Virus record (IMG/VR): IMGVR_UViG_3300017971_000035
Span: 6,357 to 70,356 of that record
DNA length: 64,000 bases
Reading direction: 5' to 3' (one strand)
Source: a virus
Shown one piece after another: positions 31,187 to 41,323 of this stretch (the first letter of the stretch is position 1; every line of letters begins with the position of its first letter). Both the position numbers and the translations under genes were made by a program. The notes under the pieces were generated by a model, which saw only the letters and a list, made by a program, of their open reading frames with translations, did not search any database and had not been told where the DNA came from.

Positions 31187-31360
31187 ATGGCCGAGAAACC
31201 ACTTCAACAGCAATTTTCTGATGAAATACGGGAAGTTCTGGATAAATTCAAGGATTCTGGTCTTACAAACGGTGAAGCCATCGGAGTATTGGACATGCAC
31301 AAATTTAATCTAAATTTCACAATTGCTATGGACGAGTACAGAAGGAAGAAACCGTTTTGA
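31187..31360 (+). CDS. Hypothetical protein (57 aa)
   Basis: Manual translation MAEKPLQQQFSDEIREVLDKF...RKKPF; AAGGA SD; overlaps the next start. Confidence 0.55.
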   Translation: MAEKPLQQQFSDEIREVLDKFKDSGLTNGEAIGVLDMHKFNLNFTIAMDEYRRKKPF

Positions 31361-31680
31361 ATAAGAATAAATTCGATTACCTATTTCATATAAGGGTCAC
31401 AGATGGTGGCTCAATTCTCCCCACTGGTGGCTGCACATTAGCTGCGATAGTGACCGGTGATAAACTCAAATGGGGCGTGTCAAGATGTTCTGAAAAGGAC
31501 AATTTTTGTAAGAAAGTCGGCCGCGCCATCGCATCAACCAGGGCCCAAGGAACACAGGCCATGGAGACAAGAAAGATGGATATTCCAGCTCTTCGGATAT
31601 TCGCCGATCTCCTTGGTGCTCATATTAACCAGAAGAGTTCGGTAACGGAGATTGCAGAAGTCATCGGACAATACCGTTGA
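31357..31680 (+). CDS. Hypothetical phage protein
   Basis: G.SRCS.KDNFCKK.GR.IA motif, common in small phage proteins. Confidence 0.65.
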   Translation: MNKNKFDYLFHIRVTDGGSILPTGGCTLAAIVTGDKLKWGVSRCSEKDNFCKKVGRAIASTRAQGTQAMETRKMDIPALRIFADLLGAHINQKSSVTEIAEVIGQYR

Positions 31681-31812
31681 ATCTTATGAGGTTCCAAAGG
31701 ACCAGTTGCCCAAAGGGGTAACGTACCGAAAAATTTATGGTCAGAAAAAACCACCCAAAGAGAATAAGCTCGGTCAGGCGCCAGGTGTTCTCAAACTTTT
31801 ACCGGAGTTAGA

Positions 31813-32055
31813 ATGGTACCCAGACCGCCCTTAGAAACACTTCCCTGCAGAGACCTCAAAGTTGAAGGTGCCTGCGCAAAGGATATTTGTCCTTATGTAA
31901 TTCAGAACTGGGATGGTATCATCCGGATTGCCAGATATGAACATGAGTATGAAATGCAGCGCCGGAGTATTGACGCTTTCAAGGAAAAAATTCGTAAGAA
32001 AAAACCTTTTTTACATAAGATTTTCCCATTTAAAATCACCATTGAAAGGAGATAA
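31813..32055 (+). CDS. Hypothetical protein
   Basis: 80 aa, GGAG SD. Confidence 0.4.
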   Translation: MVPRPPLETLPCRDLKVEGACAKDICPYVIQNWDGIIRIARYEHEYEMQRRSIDAFKEKIRKKKPFLHKIFPFKITIERR

Positions 32056-32057
32056 TC

Positions 32058-32255
32058 ATGGTAGACATCGAAACCGTAAAGGCCAAGGCCAAAGAAGAAG
32101 TTGACAAGGAGCGGAGTGAAGCCGCGGTGGAAGCTCTGAAAGACAAGTACAACGAATTGGCCGATGCAGAGCAAATGGTCAAGAACGTCAAGAAAGAAAT
32201 TGAAGACCTGGAAGCATCTATTGCCGATGGCTCATTCGCTGAACAGTCCTGCTGA
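32058..32255 (+). CDS. Small coiled-coil protein
   Basis: 65 aa, AAGGAG SD. Confidence 0.65.
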   Translation: MVDIETVKAKAKEEVDKERSEAAVEALKDKYNELADAEQMVKNVKKEIEDLEASIADGSFAEQSC

Positions 32256-33216
32256 ACAATGGGACGAGAGTGCGCTTGAGAAATTAAAGCGCAGTGCTGA
32301 AAAGGAAGCAGCCAGTTTTAATAAAATCCGTCCTAAAATTACAATTGACCATGAATACATAAAAAAAAAGCAAGAAACTGCTGCAAAAATAATGCAGGAA
32401 AAAGATCGATATGAACGCAGAGAAAAATTCAGAAAATATCTTGACCTTGCAAACAGTATTCCTTCTGCGGCACCAATGCTTACAAAGAAAATTCTTAATG
32501 AAGTCCAAAAAGACCTGATTGGAATCTCAACTCCTAAAGGGCAAAACAGTTTTTATGAAGAAATACAAAAAACTTTTAATCAAAGGGAATCTCATTTGGC
32601 AGATGCTCTAGCGTACGGTAGGGCCGGCGGCATGTATTCCATGAGAGAAATGAATCCCAGTCTTCATGTTTTTTGGGATGGCTGGCGTACAACAACTTTT
32701 GAACTTGGGCAGAATGGATGGAAACTTGCAGCCGATCAGGATGCTTATGGCAGACGACTCCAACTTGTCTTCAGTAAAGATAATATCGTCATGATAGGGC
32801 AACCATTGGAATTTGATTATATGCGATATGCCCAAAATCCTACCATGATGGATTTGAAGGAAGTGAGAATCAGACCAATTGCGCTGGATAAAAATATAAC
32901 ATTTCAATACATGGACAAATTAAACATATATGGTCTAAAGTCAGTAAAACACATACCAGAGATTTCCAATAGCGAGGTCACCTCTTTCGCCGACCTCGCT
33001 ATTTTTCAAGAGAAAGAGGAAAGAGAAGTAATTATTGAAAATAAAGACGTACAATCCCTCATGAAGGAAATTCTTAAAATCCAATCAGAGAAACAAAAGG
33101 AACTCAGGGAAAAAGAAAGACTTGCCAGGCGGCGTGATGTATACAAAGCTGAGAAAGGAGAAGGCCTGGTTGAAACAGTCCATGCAAAAATTATAACACT
33201 TGACCAAGTTTCATGA
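32227..33216 (+). CDS. Hypothetical protein
   Basis: Long ORF (track 32164-33216); the likely start is the internal ATG (MAHSLNS). Confidence 0.6.
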   Translation: MAHSLNSPAEQWDESALEKLKRSAEKEAASFNKIRPKITIDHEYIKKKQETAAKIMQEKDRYERREKFRKYLDLANSIPSAAPMLTKKILNEVQKDLIGISTPKGQNSFYEEIQKTFNQRESHLADALAYGRAGGMYSMREMNPSLHVFWDGWRTTTFELGQNGWKLAADQDAYGRRLQLVFSKDNIVMIGQPLEFDYMRYAQNPTMMDLKEVRIRPIALDKNITFQYMDKLNIYGLKSVKHIPEISNSEVTSFADLAIFQEKEEREVIIENKDVQSLMKEILKIQSEKQKELREKERLARRRDVYKAEKGEGLVETVHAKIITLDQVS

Positions 33217-33348
33217 CAAAATGTCCTCCAAATATTTTGTCATCGGAGGGTGGAAAGGTACGCCGTTCCATCCTCCACCGCTCCCGAGAAAAGTTGCAAG
33301 CACACCCTATAAAATGGATGCAAGCACTTTTTTCGGGGCACAAAAAAA

Positions 33349-34236
33349 ATGAAAGAACCGATAGCATACAACAGCGGAAATATCCGTTCAATAAACGAAA
33401 CCAAGGCCAGCATTGAAATTGGAGCTCCCATTGGTATTACTGTTCATTCACAACAAAGTATTATCGAGCTGGCCATGGGTTACGCCTTCGTCGGAGGCAA
33501 AGTATTCGTTGATAATGGCGCTTTTACTGAGTACTCAAAGGGAACAAACCTTGATATTGAAACCCTGTCCGGAAGATGCTATTGGGACAGTGTATTCGCA
33601 GTCTATCGTGAAATTGCAAGTATACCGTACGGAGCTGACAATCTGGTATTTGTAGCACCGGATCAGGTAGGAAATCCTGATGTAACTTTGAAAAATCTTG
33701 AATGGTTAATGTATGAAGTCCATGAGATTCGCAGCACTGGAGCTCAAATCATCCAGCCCATTCAAAAAGGAAAAAAGCCAGATTATGATATATCAGTCCA
33801 TATTGCAGATTTATCAAATTGGTACTACGACTTTGAAAATACTATCCTCGGATTCCCCTCAAAGCGAGAGGCTTGGCATGTATCAGAAGTTCTTGATTAT
33901 CTGATGTATAAGACTTTATGGGAGAAGAGGCTTTCAACTACTGAACCGGTTTGGTGTATTCATCCGGATTTGAAAATTCACTTCCTGGGGATTGGCGATC
34001 CCTTGAGGTTAAGCAAGATTCAAAAGTATATTGATAAAATCAGACCGAATGTATTTGTCTCAGGCGACAGTGTACCGACCGGAGGAATTGTCGGCAAAGG
34101 CCGCAAGCTCACAGAAACTATGAACTCATACCTTAAACTTCATCCAAACTTGACCAGAGAAGAAAGAGGCGAGCTTCGCTGTAAAATCCTCTCGGGAATT
34201 GAATGGACGAAACGTCAACAACACACTTTAGCATAG
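33349..34236 (+). CDS. tRNA-guanine transglycosylase (TGT/DpdA)-like protein
   Basis: VFVDNGAF (compare DSG), APDQVGN, PIQKG, IHFLG and SGDS appear in TGT-barrel order. Confidence 0.55.
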   Translation: MKEPIAYNSGNIRSINETKASIEIGAPIGITVHSQQSIIELAMGYAFVGGKVFVDNGAFTEYSKGTNLDIETLSGRCYWDSVFAVYREIASIPYGADNLVFVAPDQVGNPDVTLKNLEWLMYEVHEIRSTGAQIIQPIQKGKKPDYDISVHIADLSNWYYDFENTILGFPSKREAWHVSEVLDYLMYKTLWEKRLSTTEPVWCIHPDLKIHFLGIGDPLRLSKIQKYIDKIRPNVFVSGDSVPTGGIVGKGRKLTETMNSYLKLHPNLTREERGELRCKILSGIEWTKRQQHTLA

Positions 34237-34245
34237 GAGGAATCC

Positions 34246-34509
34246 ATGGAAATGGATATGAAAATCCAGGTGGAAGCAAAGGTTCTGATACCCGATGTCC
34301 CGAAGGAAATTAAGTTTACCAATGGTCAGAGCATGCCGATTGAATCTCTGTCCGAAAATGCCCTGATGAAAATCGGTAAGCAGTGGACCAAGAATCTCGT
34401 ATTGGCCGCGCATCCTGATTCAACAATCGGTCAGGAAAAACCGGCACCTGAAAAGCCTGAAAATCCGGAACCGGTCGAAGGTAAAAAACCCAACGGAAAG
34501 AAAAAATAG
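34246..34509 (+). CDS. Hypothetical protein
   Basis: 87 aa, AGGAGG SD, followed by a GC hairpin. Confidence 0.6.
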   Translation: MEMDMKIQVEAKVLIPDVPKEIKFTNGQSMPIESLSENALMKIGKQWTKNLVLAAHPDSTIGQEKPAPEKPENPEPVEGKKPNGKKK

Positions 34510-34571
34510 GGGCATCACGGAGCAAGGCTTTAAGGGGGGTATAACGCCCCGCCCCCCGCCTTTCAATCATT

Positions 34572-34922
34572 ATGCCATTACTTAACTTCCAGCAGCAGTT
34601 TGCCGATAAAGTCGAGAAAAAGATAAAACGTCAAACCATTCGTGCTTGGAGAAAATATCCAATTCGAACAGGCCAAATACTTTATCTCTATACAAGACTG
34701 AGAACAAAATTAGCCAGACGTATTGGAATGTACGTCTGTTTCAGTGCGCAGTCTATTGTCATTAATGAAGACTCTTTCACAATTGATGGTCTTTTAATAA
34801 CCAATAAAAAAAGACTGAATTTATTTGCTGTTAAAGACGGTTTTGAATCATGGAATGATATGATATCATGGTTCAAGAAAACACATGGACTCCCATTCAG
34901 AGGACAATTGATAAAATGGTAA
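34572..34922 (+). CDS. ASCH/PUA-like domain protein
   Basis: LNF...F...K.QTIR at the N-terminus, and FA..DGF. Confidence 0.75.
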   Translation: MPLLNFQQQFADKVEKKIKRQTIRAWRKYPIRTGQILYLYTRLRTKLARRIGMYVCFSAQSIVINEDSFTIDGLLITNKKRLNLFAVKDGFESWNDMISWFKKTHGLPFRGQLIKW

Positions 34923-35164
34923 AAAGAGAAATTAAAGTAATAATTAACATGGAATCAGATGAACCTGTTATCATCCAGGCTGATGATGTTAATCCCATAA
35001 AGGACATGGCCTGCTTATGTGAAGCCCTTTGTACTTTGATTCATGCAGCTCATAAAAATGGAATCCGCAAAGACCACGAATCCCTCAAGCTCTGTATCGG
35101 CCATCTTGAATCAGGATTTGCTGATGAAAATTATAAAGTAAGGTTACCTGGTGAACAAGACTAA
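34916..35164 (+). CDS. Hypothetical protein
   Basis: Internal ATG (MVKREIK) coupled to the upstream stop. Confidence 0.5.
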   Translation: MVKREIKVIINMESDEPVIIQADDVNPIKDMACLCEALCTLIHAAHKNGIRKDHESLKLCIGHLESGFADENYKVRLPGEQD

Positions 35165-35768
35165 AATAGAATGGTGTGATTACACCTGGAATCCTGTGGT
35201 GGGCTGTAAACATGCCTGTTATTACTGCTATGCACAGCGCATAAACCAACGGTTCAAAATGATTCCAAACTGGACAAAACCGAAATTTTTTCCTGAAAGA
35301 CTTACTGAACCTGCGAAAGTACAAAAGTCCTCAAAAATATTCATAGGATCCATGTGTGACTTATTTGGTAACTGGGTCCCTAAGAAATGGATTGATAGTG
35401 TTCTGGAAGTATGTCAAGCACTTCCGAGACATGAATTCATGTTTCTCACAAAGAATCCAAAAAGATATCTTGATTATGAGGTTTATCCTGGTAATGTCTG
35501 GCTCGGGATGACATTATCCGAAGGAAATACCAAGGAACTTAGAAATTATGTATGGCATGTACACCATACGCACTGGAAAAAATTTGTATCCATTGAACCT
35601 TTGAGAGGCGACTTCAGCAAATTTAATTTCTACCCGATGACAAAAATAATCGTTGGAGCCATGACAGGTCCGAATCCTGTGGTGCCGAGGAAACAATGGA
35701 TTGATTCAATCATATCACATAACACTTTTTATAAAAATAACATGAAGGAGTATCTTGGCAGAAGATAA
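35151..35768 (+). CDS. DUF5131 (Gp37/Gp68) radical-SAM-like protein
   Basis: TKIEWCDYTWNPVVGC...C.YCYA, SMCDLF, LTKNP and SIEPL motifs. Confidence 0.9.
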   Translation: MNKTKIEWCDYTWNPVVGCKHACYYCYAQRINQRFKMIPNWTKPKFFPERLTEPAKVQKSSKIFIGSMCDLFGNWVPKKWIDSVLEVCQALPRHEFMFLTKNPKRYLDYEVYPGNVWLGMTLSEGNTKELRNYVWHVHHTHWKKFVSIEPLRGDFSKFNFYPMTKIIVGAMTGPNPVVPRKQWIDSIISHNTFYKNNMKEYLGRR

Positions 35769-36051
35769 AAAATCAGGGATTTACAGTGAGCTGAAACGGT
35801 ATGAAATATTAACCGGCCTGGTCTGCATATGCCAGGCGGATCCGTCCGAAGAAATCAGCTCAGAATTTGAAGTGGGCTGTCGGTACAGATTTGACTTGAT
35901 GGGCCTGGGTATAACTAAGTATGTTAAAGTATATTCTGAAGGATCATCAGATAGTTTCGAAATATGCTCAACTGCAATATTCAATAAATATTTCAAACCC
36001 GTGGAGGTAAACAATGTGGAAAATACTGACCCTATGGAGAAAGATTCCTAA
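35755..36051 (+). CDS. Hypothetical protein
   Basis: TTG start after AAGGAG. Confidence 0.5.
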   Translation: MAEDKKSGIYSELKRYEILTGLVCICQADPSEEISSEFEVGCRYRFDLMGLGITKYVKVYSEGSSDSFEICSTAIFNKYFKPVEVNNVENTDPMEKDS

Positions 36052-36337
36052 AGAACTGAAGACCACTATTCTGTGGTTGGTCATGGAAATCGTTGATCGC
36101 ATCAAAAATAAAAAGAAAAAGGAATACGACAAACTTCTCCATAAGCTCATTGACCAGGCAAATCTGAATAATCCGCAAAAATCCTTTCTTAAGACCTTCG
36201 TGTCTTATTATTACAATGACGGAAAAATCACTATCAACGAGGCCCTGGATTTAGCAAATCTGCTTTTCAGAATAATTGGGAAAGAGGTTCATATCAGCCA
36301 GGATAACAAGAACTGGCTGGTAAGAGTAAAGAAATAA
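36014..36337 (+). CDS. Hypothetical protein
   Basis: 107 aa, GGAGGT SD. Confidence 0.6.
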   Translation: MWKILTLWRKIPKELKTTILWLVMEIVDRIKNKKKKEYDKLLHKLIDQANLNNPQKSFLKTFVSYYYNDGKITINEALDLANLLFRIIGKEVHISQDNKNWLVRVKK

Positions 36338-36417
36338 TTTCGGGGGCCCTTCGGGTCGGCTTTAAGACAGTTAGCTCTAACTTAACCAAATCCTGAAGGG
36401 TCCCTGCAGGGAGTTTT

Positions 36418-36863
36418 ATGACATTGACAAAAGAAGAAATTCGTATATTAGTCGAGGATGAGCTTCAGGGCATCCAGGCAAAGGAACCTCATGAACGCCT
36501 TGTTGCTATAAAATTGATTCTTGAACCTTACCTGGATCCACAGGTAAACATACCCAGTGCTCTTTACAAGGACATTTATGGCTGTGTATTTTTAGCAAAT
36601 ACCATCTTATGAAATTCAGATTCATAAATCATTGGCTTCATGCTCATGGAATCATATTAGGCTGGGATTACGGCCAGGATTTTGAATATAATTATTTTGA
36701 ATTGACTATTTTAAATTTTGGCCTGGGAATAAAATGGCTGAGATATAAAATGCAAAAAGGTATTTGGGATTGGCCGGAATGGAAATTCCTTTGCTTTTGC
36801 CGGTCAGCCTTTCTCTTTGTGAAAAGGCTTCCCGGCCGTATCCGTAAATTCTTAACTATATGA
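36418..36863 (+). CDS. Two coupled small hypothetical ORFs (36418-36612, 36609-36863)
   Basis: ATGA overlaps, GGAG SD. Confidence 0.5.
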
Positions 36864-37060
36864 ATAAGAAATTCAAAATCGGTGAAGTCGTGCAGCTCCG
36901 TTCAGGAGGCTGCGATATGACAATAAGCGCTACCGGTACCCAGGATGGAAAACCATTCGTAAAATGCCAATGGCATGACAGCGGTTTAAGTGCAGAAGGA
37001 GATACTTATCATCCGGATATGCTAAGGAAGGTCGAAAGGAAAAATTGTGGTCTGGTATAA
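36860..37060 (+). CDS. YodC/DUF2158-like protein
   Basis: FKIGEVVQLRSGGCDMTI...CQW motif. Confidence 0.8.
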   Translation: MNKKFKIGEVVQLRSGGCDMTISATGTQDGKPFVKCQWHDSGLSAEGDTYHPDMLRKVERKNCGLV

Positions 37061-37608
37061 TGTCCTCATAGACAACGGTGTACTCCGCGGGAAGTCCGAG
37101 CATGAAAAACAGGAAATCCTCGCCGAGTACGCCGATTACCTTCGGGACTGTAGAAAGGATGAACAACTTGAAAAAAAAGCGGAAAAAGAAGCCGGCAATA
37201 ATCAAGGAACCTGAAAAACCAGAGGAAATTTTTAAACCTTCAGTGGATGATATTGTCCGTAATATCAGCGTAAAAGTCTATGCTGATAAAGTGGTTTGGA
37301 TAGGTAAACGTGAGGGAAAATCAGTATTCGTTTGTCAAAATTCAGGATTATGGTATGGAACCTCCAAGGGTTGGGAAATCCGCAAAAGAGCAAAGGATGA
37401 TCTGCACGTGGATAAAGGACAAGTGGCCTCTGGAGAAAAAACTTGAAGTATACATAAACAATCTTCAACTTGAATGGGCCCATCGTCAAGATCATATGAA
37501 GATGAAGTTCACGCCTCTGCATAGTTTTGATACTCATTGTGGATACGATTGGCGATTTACACGGGAACTTATAACCAATCACATTTATTATTATATAAGG
37601 AAAATAAG

Positions 37609-37845
37609 ATGCTTAAAATCTCAACTTTCATCACAGCCGCAGCAATCCTTATTTTAATTGGATGCAGAAGACCAGAAGAAAAAAGGGTTGAAATGGAAGT
37701 CATCGAAGTGGATAACTGTCAGTACATTGTGTGGTTCGGTATATATCATGATGCCATTATTCATAAGGCCGACTGTCATAATCCGGTTCATTCTCATAAT
37801 TGGTTCCAGACCCTGGTTGATTCAGCGAAAATTAAACATGACTGA
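37609..37845 (+). CDS. Small putative lipoprotein
   Basis: Internal start MLKISTFITAAAILILIG-C resembles a lipobox; H..C.NP.H tail. Confidence 0.5.
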   Translation: MLKISTFITAAAILILIGCRRPEEKRVEMEVIEVDNCQYIVWFGIYHDAIIHKADCHNPVHSHNWFQTLVDSAKIKHD

Positions 37846-38268
37846 TATTAACGAGTACTGGTGCATTCAATGCCATGTCGATGATGAAGATCCTTGTATC
37901 CTTCTGATGAGAGGAACTGAGTTCAGGCCAATCCATTGCCCCTTAAATTTAGAACGCAGAGCTTTATGGAAAAAAGTCACTCATGAAATGACCCATATCA
38001 GTGTGACTGTCGCTGATGTCATGAAAAAAGTAATAGAGGACCAGAATGCACGAAACCGACTCGGACATGACAATCCAGCCCCCGGGGCGTGAGGACCGGA
38101 AGAACCGGCGCCATGTGACCGAAGGAGAGGTCCTGGCAGCAGTCCTCGAATTGATCCGGCAAATTGATGCAAAGGAGGCTCAAAAACACCTGATGAAAAA
38201 ACGACACCCACAGTCCCGCCGCAGCTACTTTTTTGCGGGACCCTCACAACGTCTGCAGAGGTACCACG

Positions 38269-38874
38269 ATGGGTGACCCTAAACGAGATTATCTGACGAC
38301 CGACGAGGTTTACAAACAGATCCAGTATGACAATCCTGAAATCCATGTGGCTTATTATCCCAGGTCTTCGCCGGTTGCCTATAAGGACCGGCCGGAAAAA
38401 ATCGGCTGTATTGCCTGTGGGAAATCCTACATGGATACCGGGGAACGGCAGGATTGGGATTACGATGGTCTTACAAAACAGAGGTGGGAATGCCCGAGCT
38501 GTCATAACTTCATAACTGTCAGTCACCGGAAACCGAAGTCCATCAATGAAATCAAGGCTTTCTCGGAAATTGCCGTTGAATCGACTCATGCCTGGGCGGC
38601 AGCCAATAAAAAATCTGTACTTAAATATGCCCACACGGATACCGGTTTCTGCAGGGTCTATTACACCTGGAAGAACAGCCAGGGCCAAAAAGTCTGGTAT
38701 TGCGCACAGGAGGGCCGGCCGGGCTGTGATGTGGAGTTCCTGCGGTGCTGCGGCGACCTGGAACCGGAATATGAGGTCCACCCCAAGGATCCCCCGCCCC
38801 TCTCCCCCGGCAGCACTTCGACGGATAAAATCGTGAATGCCTGGATTAAAAAGAAATGGGGAAAAGATGGGTGA
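38269..38874 (+). CDS. Hypothetical Zn-ribbon protein
   Basis: CxxC...CxxC; likely start MGDPKRD. Confidence 0.55.
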   Translation: MGDPKRDYLTTDEVYKQIQYDNPEIHVAYYPRSSPVAYKDRPEKIGCIACGKSYMDTGERQDWDYDGLTKQRWECPSCHNFITVSHRKPKSINEIKAFSEIAVESTHAWAAANKKSVLKYAHTDTGFCRVYYTWKNSQGQKVWYCAQEGRPGCDVEFLRCCGDLEPEYEVHPKDPPPLSPGSTSTDKIVNAWIKKKWGKDG

Positions 38875-39118
38875 GATTGCCGAGGCCATAGTGAATGGCG
38901 ACTTATGCGAACAATGCGGCTCCTGGATAGGCCCCGGGGATGGCTACCCCAGGAACTGCGGGTGCGACTCCGGCGCCCGGGCAGCAGCTCCCGCGCCGAA
39001 ACCGTTCAAATGCCCTAAATGCGGCAAATCATTCGAAAAGAAAGTGGGCCGGACAGACCATTTCATCAATCACCACCGGTCCGAGGTCAATAAACTCGTG
39101 GAGGGATATTTGGAATGA
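38867..39118 (+). CDS. Small Zn-finger protein
   Basis: MGEIAE...LCEQCG plus C2H2-like CPKC...H...H. Confidence 0.6.
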   Translation: MGEIAEAIVNGDLCEQCGSWIGPGDGYPRNCGCDSGARAAAPAPKPFKCPKCGKSFEKKVGRTDHFINHHRSEVNKLVEGYLE

Positions 39119-39484
39119 AATATGACATCGTGAAAGCCAAAACAGTTGATGACTTGATATCCCGGGTCCAGCAAAAAATGAACGAAGGGTGGATGGTCCA
39201 GGGTGGGGTAACAATTCTCCAGAACGATTACCAGCCAATAATACTCCAGGCAATCAAATATATAAGGAAAAAATGACCATCTTCGTATTAACCGGACCTG
39301 ACCAATGGAGGCATTGGTGCCATGAAAATTACTGGAATCGGAAAGACACTCGCATCGTCCCCCTCCAACGGGCCGAGCAGCTACACGGCCATGAAAATCC
39401 TATTGTCCTAAAATGGGGAACCTGGTATACCAGGCCAAGTGAAGAGCTTGACCTGATTGACCAGACCATAGAAGCCCTCACCCG

Positions 39485-39769
39485 ATGAGCCCCCTGGCAG
39501 CAGCCCTCCGCGCCATAGCAGCAATTTTTAAGCGGCGGGGTAGCCACTGCAGCGGTGACCCCACCCCCCCGAGCAGCATTCTCCGGCCATGCCCCTGTGG
39601 CAAAGACCCCCTCATCCGAAAAAACATTGGTGCCTCTGAACTGCACTTCGGATATGCAGAATCCGAGTATGCTGTCTTCTGTGACTGTGGCAAAGCCGGA
39701 CCTATAGGAATCACCCCTGAAAAAGCCGCTGAATACTGGAATTTCCTCGTGGAATATGACCGGATATAA
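39485..39769 (+). CDS. Lar (restriction alleviation)-like Zn-finger protein
   Basis: LRPCPCG...V.C.CG..GP......A...WN pattern. Confidence 0.6.
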   Translation: MSPLAAALRAIAAIFKRRGSHCSGDPTPPSSILRPCPCGKDPLIRKNIGASELHFGYAESEYAVFCDCGKAGPIGITPEKAAEYWNFLVEYDRI

Positions 39770-39997
39770 TATATATATAGAGGTTTTTTTGAAAAAATGA
39801 TATAAAATCTCCTGGACCGAATAAGATTCTCCTGTACTTTACACTCTCTCTATGCTCACCCCCTGATTGAAAGAAGGAATAGGGGGGGCGGGTTCGGGGT
39901 ATTGAGATAGTGGATAAGTAGGAAGAGAACCACACGGCCTTGTCGCTTCGCTCCTGGGAGCCGCGCGGCTCTCATCCACCTCAACCAGGAGTACACC

Positions 39998-40153
39998 ATG
40001 ACCTGTATACTACGTCAGTTCTGTATCATCAATGAGTTCGGTGAGTGTGATGGTGAGATACCATGCAACATGCAGCTGGACAGAGAAGAAGATGATAAGA
40101 TTCTGAGTGCCGTTGCCCCTTCTAACGAGGGCAACGTCCCTCATTCATCATAA
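39998..40153 (+). CDS. Small Cys-containing protein (51 aa)
   Basis: Manual translation MTCILRQFCIINEFGECDGEIPC...; AGGAG SD. Confidence 0.4.
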   Translation: MTCILRQFCIINEFGECDGEIPCNMQLDREEDDKILSAVAPSNEGNVPHSS

Positions 40154-40171
40154 ACCAAATTGGAGGACATT

Positions 40172-40246
40172 ATGTATCACAAGGCATTACAGGTTGCCAT
40201 GACCTTAAATGTGGCATTCGCTCTCTCCCTGGCTCTGTTGGCCTAG
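40172..40246 (+). CDS. 24-aa hydrophobic peptide
   Basis: Manual translation MYHKALQVAMTLNVAFALSLALLA; GGAGG SD. Confidence 0.45.
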   Translation: MYHKALQVAMTLNVAFALSLALLA

Positions 40247-40335
40247 AGAGATCATTCGTTGAAGGTCGGCTCCCCTCTCCATGAGGGCGCCGCCCTTCTT
40301 TATTAATAACCAATCACTTAACAAGGAGGACATTT

Positions 40336-40644
40336 ATGTCTTTACAAATTACTGCAGTCAGAGCAATTAAAGGTGCCGGAAACCTGGTGGCTGGATGCTC
40401 AGTCGTTATCAACGAAGTACAGCGTGTGAATGGAATCAAGCTGTTCCATGATGAGACACGTGGTTACAACGTTGGCATGCCTGCCCAGCAGGGAGCTGAC
40501 AAGCGCTGGTATCCCCAGTTCAGGTATCTGGACAGGAAAATCCAGGCTGATTTCGAGGAACAGATTCTCAGCCAGTTGCTGGCCCATGAGGATCTGAGCC
40601 ATCTCAAGTCACCTGAGAAGAAGAAGCTCGAACCTCAGTTCTAA
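40336..40644 (+). CDS. SpoVG-like protein 1 (divergent)
   Basis: ITAVR...GNLVAGCSVVINE...VNGIKL...VGMP matches the SpoVG fold pattern. Confidence 0.7.
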   Translation: MSLQITAVRAIKGAGNLVAGCSVVINEVQRVNGIKLFHDETRGYNVGMPAQQGADKRWYPQFRYLDRKIQADFEEQILSQLLAHEDLSHLKSPEKKKLEPQF

Positions 40645-40662
40645 GCTGATTCTCAAATCCAT

Positions 40663-40696
40663 AGCCCGGGGTCGAAAGGCCTCGGGCTTTTTTTTT
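40663..40696 (+). terminator. Rho-independent terminator
   Basis: AGCCCGGGGTC-GAAA-GGCCTCGGGCT followed by T8. Confidence 0.9.
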
Positions 40697-40718
40697 GACA
40701 ATTTACCAGGAGGACATC

Positions 40719-41255
40719 ATGAGAATAATTGACAGAGCCAAGCTCTATTCAGCATATGGGTTGAACGCAGAAGGTTATCAGCGTTTGGCCAATCGGATGA
40801 ACCATGAGGCCAGTGAGTCGAATTGGGACGATTTCATCCTCATCACAGCACAGGACATCTATTCGATAGTCAGGTGCATGCGGCACTCGGACAGACGCCG
40901 GCTTATCCAACTGTTCCCGGCACTGCACTACTCCTTCAAAATAGCCAAGAAGATTAATGTGGTTCTGGTTTATCTGAATGACCAGGTGAAGCGTGACATC
41001 ATTACGGCTATTGAGGCCTTCGGAGAGCATAAAGAGGAATTTGAGTTTCTGAAGGAATTTGTCAGATGGTATGGCATCAGAAGGATTCAGTATAAGGTCT
41101 TCAATAATTGGATACCTGCGGATCCCAGGCCTGGCTATCTCTCAAATGAGTATGATGGCACAAATATCCACAATTTCACATACGAGGATATCCATCTTGA
41201 TACCGAGGATGAGGAAGCCAAGGAAGAATGGTTGGCACAACAGTGCTGCCCATAA
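40719..41255 (+). CDS. Hypothetical early protein
   Basis: AGGAGG SD before the ATG at 40719. Confidence 0.65.
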   Translation: MRIIDRAKLYSAYGLNAEGYQRLANRMNHEASESNWDDFILITAQDIYSIVRCMRHSDRRRLIQLFPALHYSFKIAKKINVVLVYLNDQVKRDIITAIEAFGEHKEEFEFLKEFVRWYGIRRIQYKVFNNWIPADPRPGYLSNEYDGTNIHNFTYEDIHLDTEDEEAKEEWLAQQCCP

Positions 41256-41265
41256 TAGGAGTATC

Positions 41266-41308
41266 GAAAGCCCTTTGCCTCGTGCAAGGGCTTTCTCACC
41301 TTTTTTTT
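41266..41308 (+). terminator. Terminator-like hairpin
   Basis: GAAAGCCCTTTGC-CTCGT-GCAAGGGCTTTC, then a T-run. Confidence 0.7.
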
Positions 41309-41323
41309 GTCAAGGAGCATAAG

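Noticed and set aside
37981-38889. 302-aa minus-strand ORF
   Set aside because: It is the antisense shadow of coupled plus-strand genes in a GC-richer segment, with no recognisable motifs. The same applies to other long antisense ORFs such as 16625-17170, 29241-29780 and 50648-51205.
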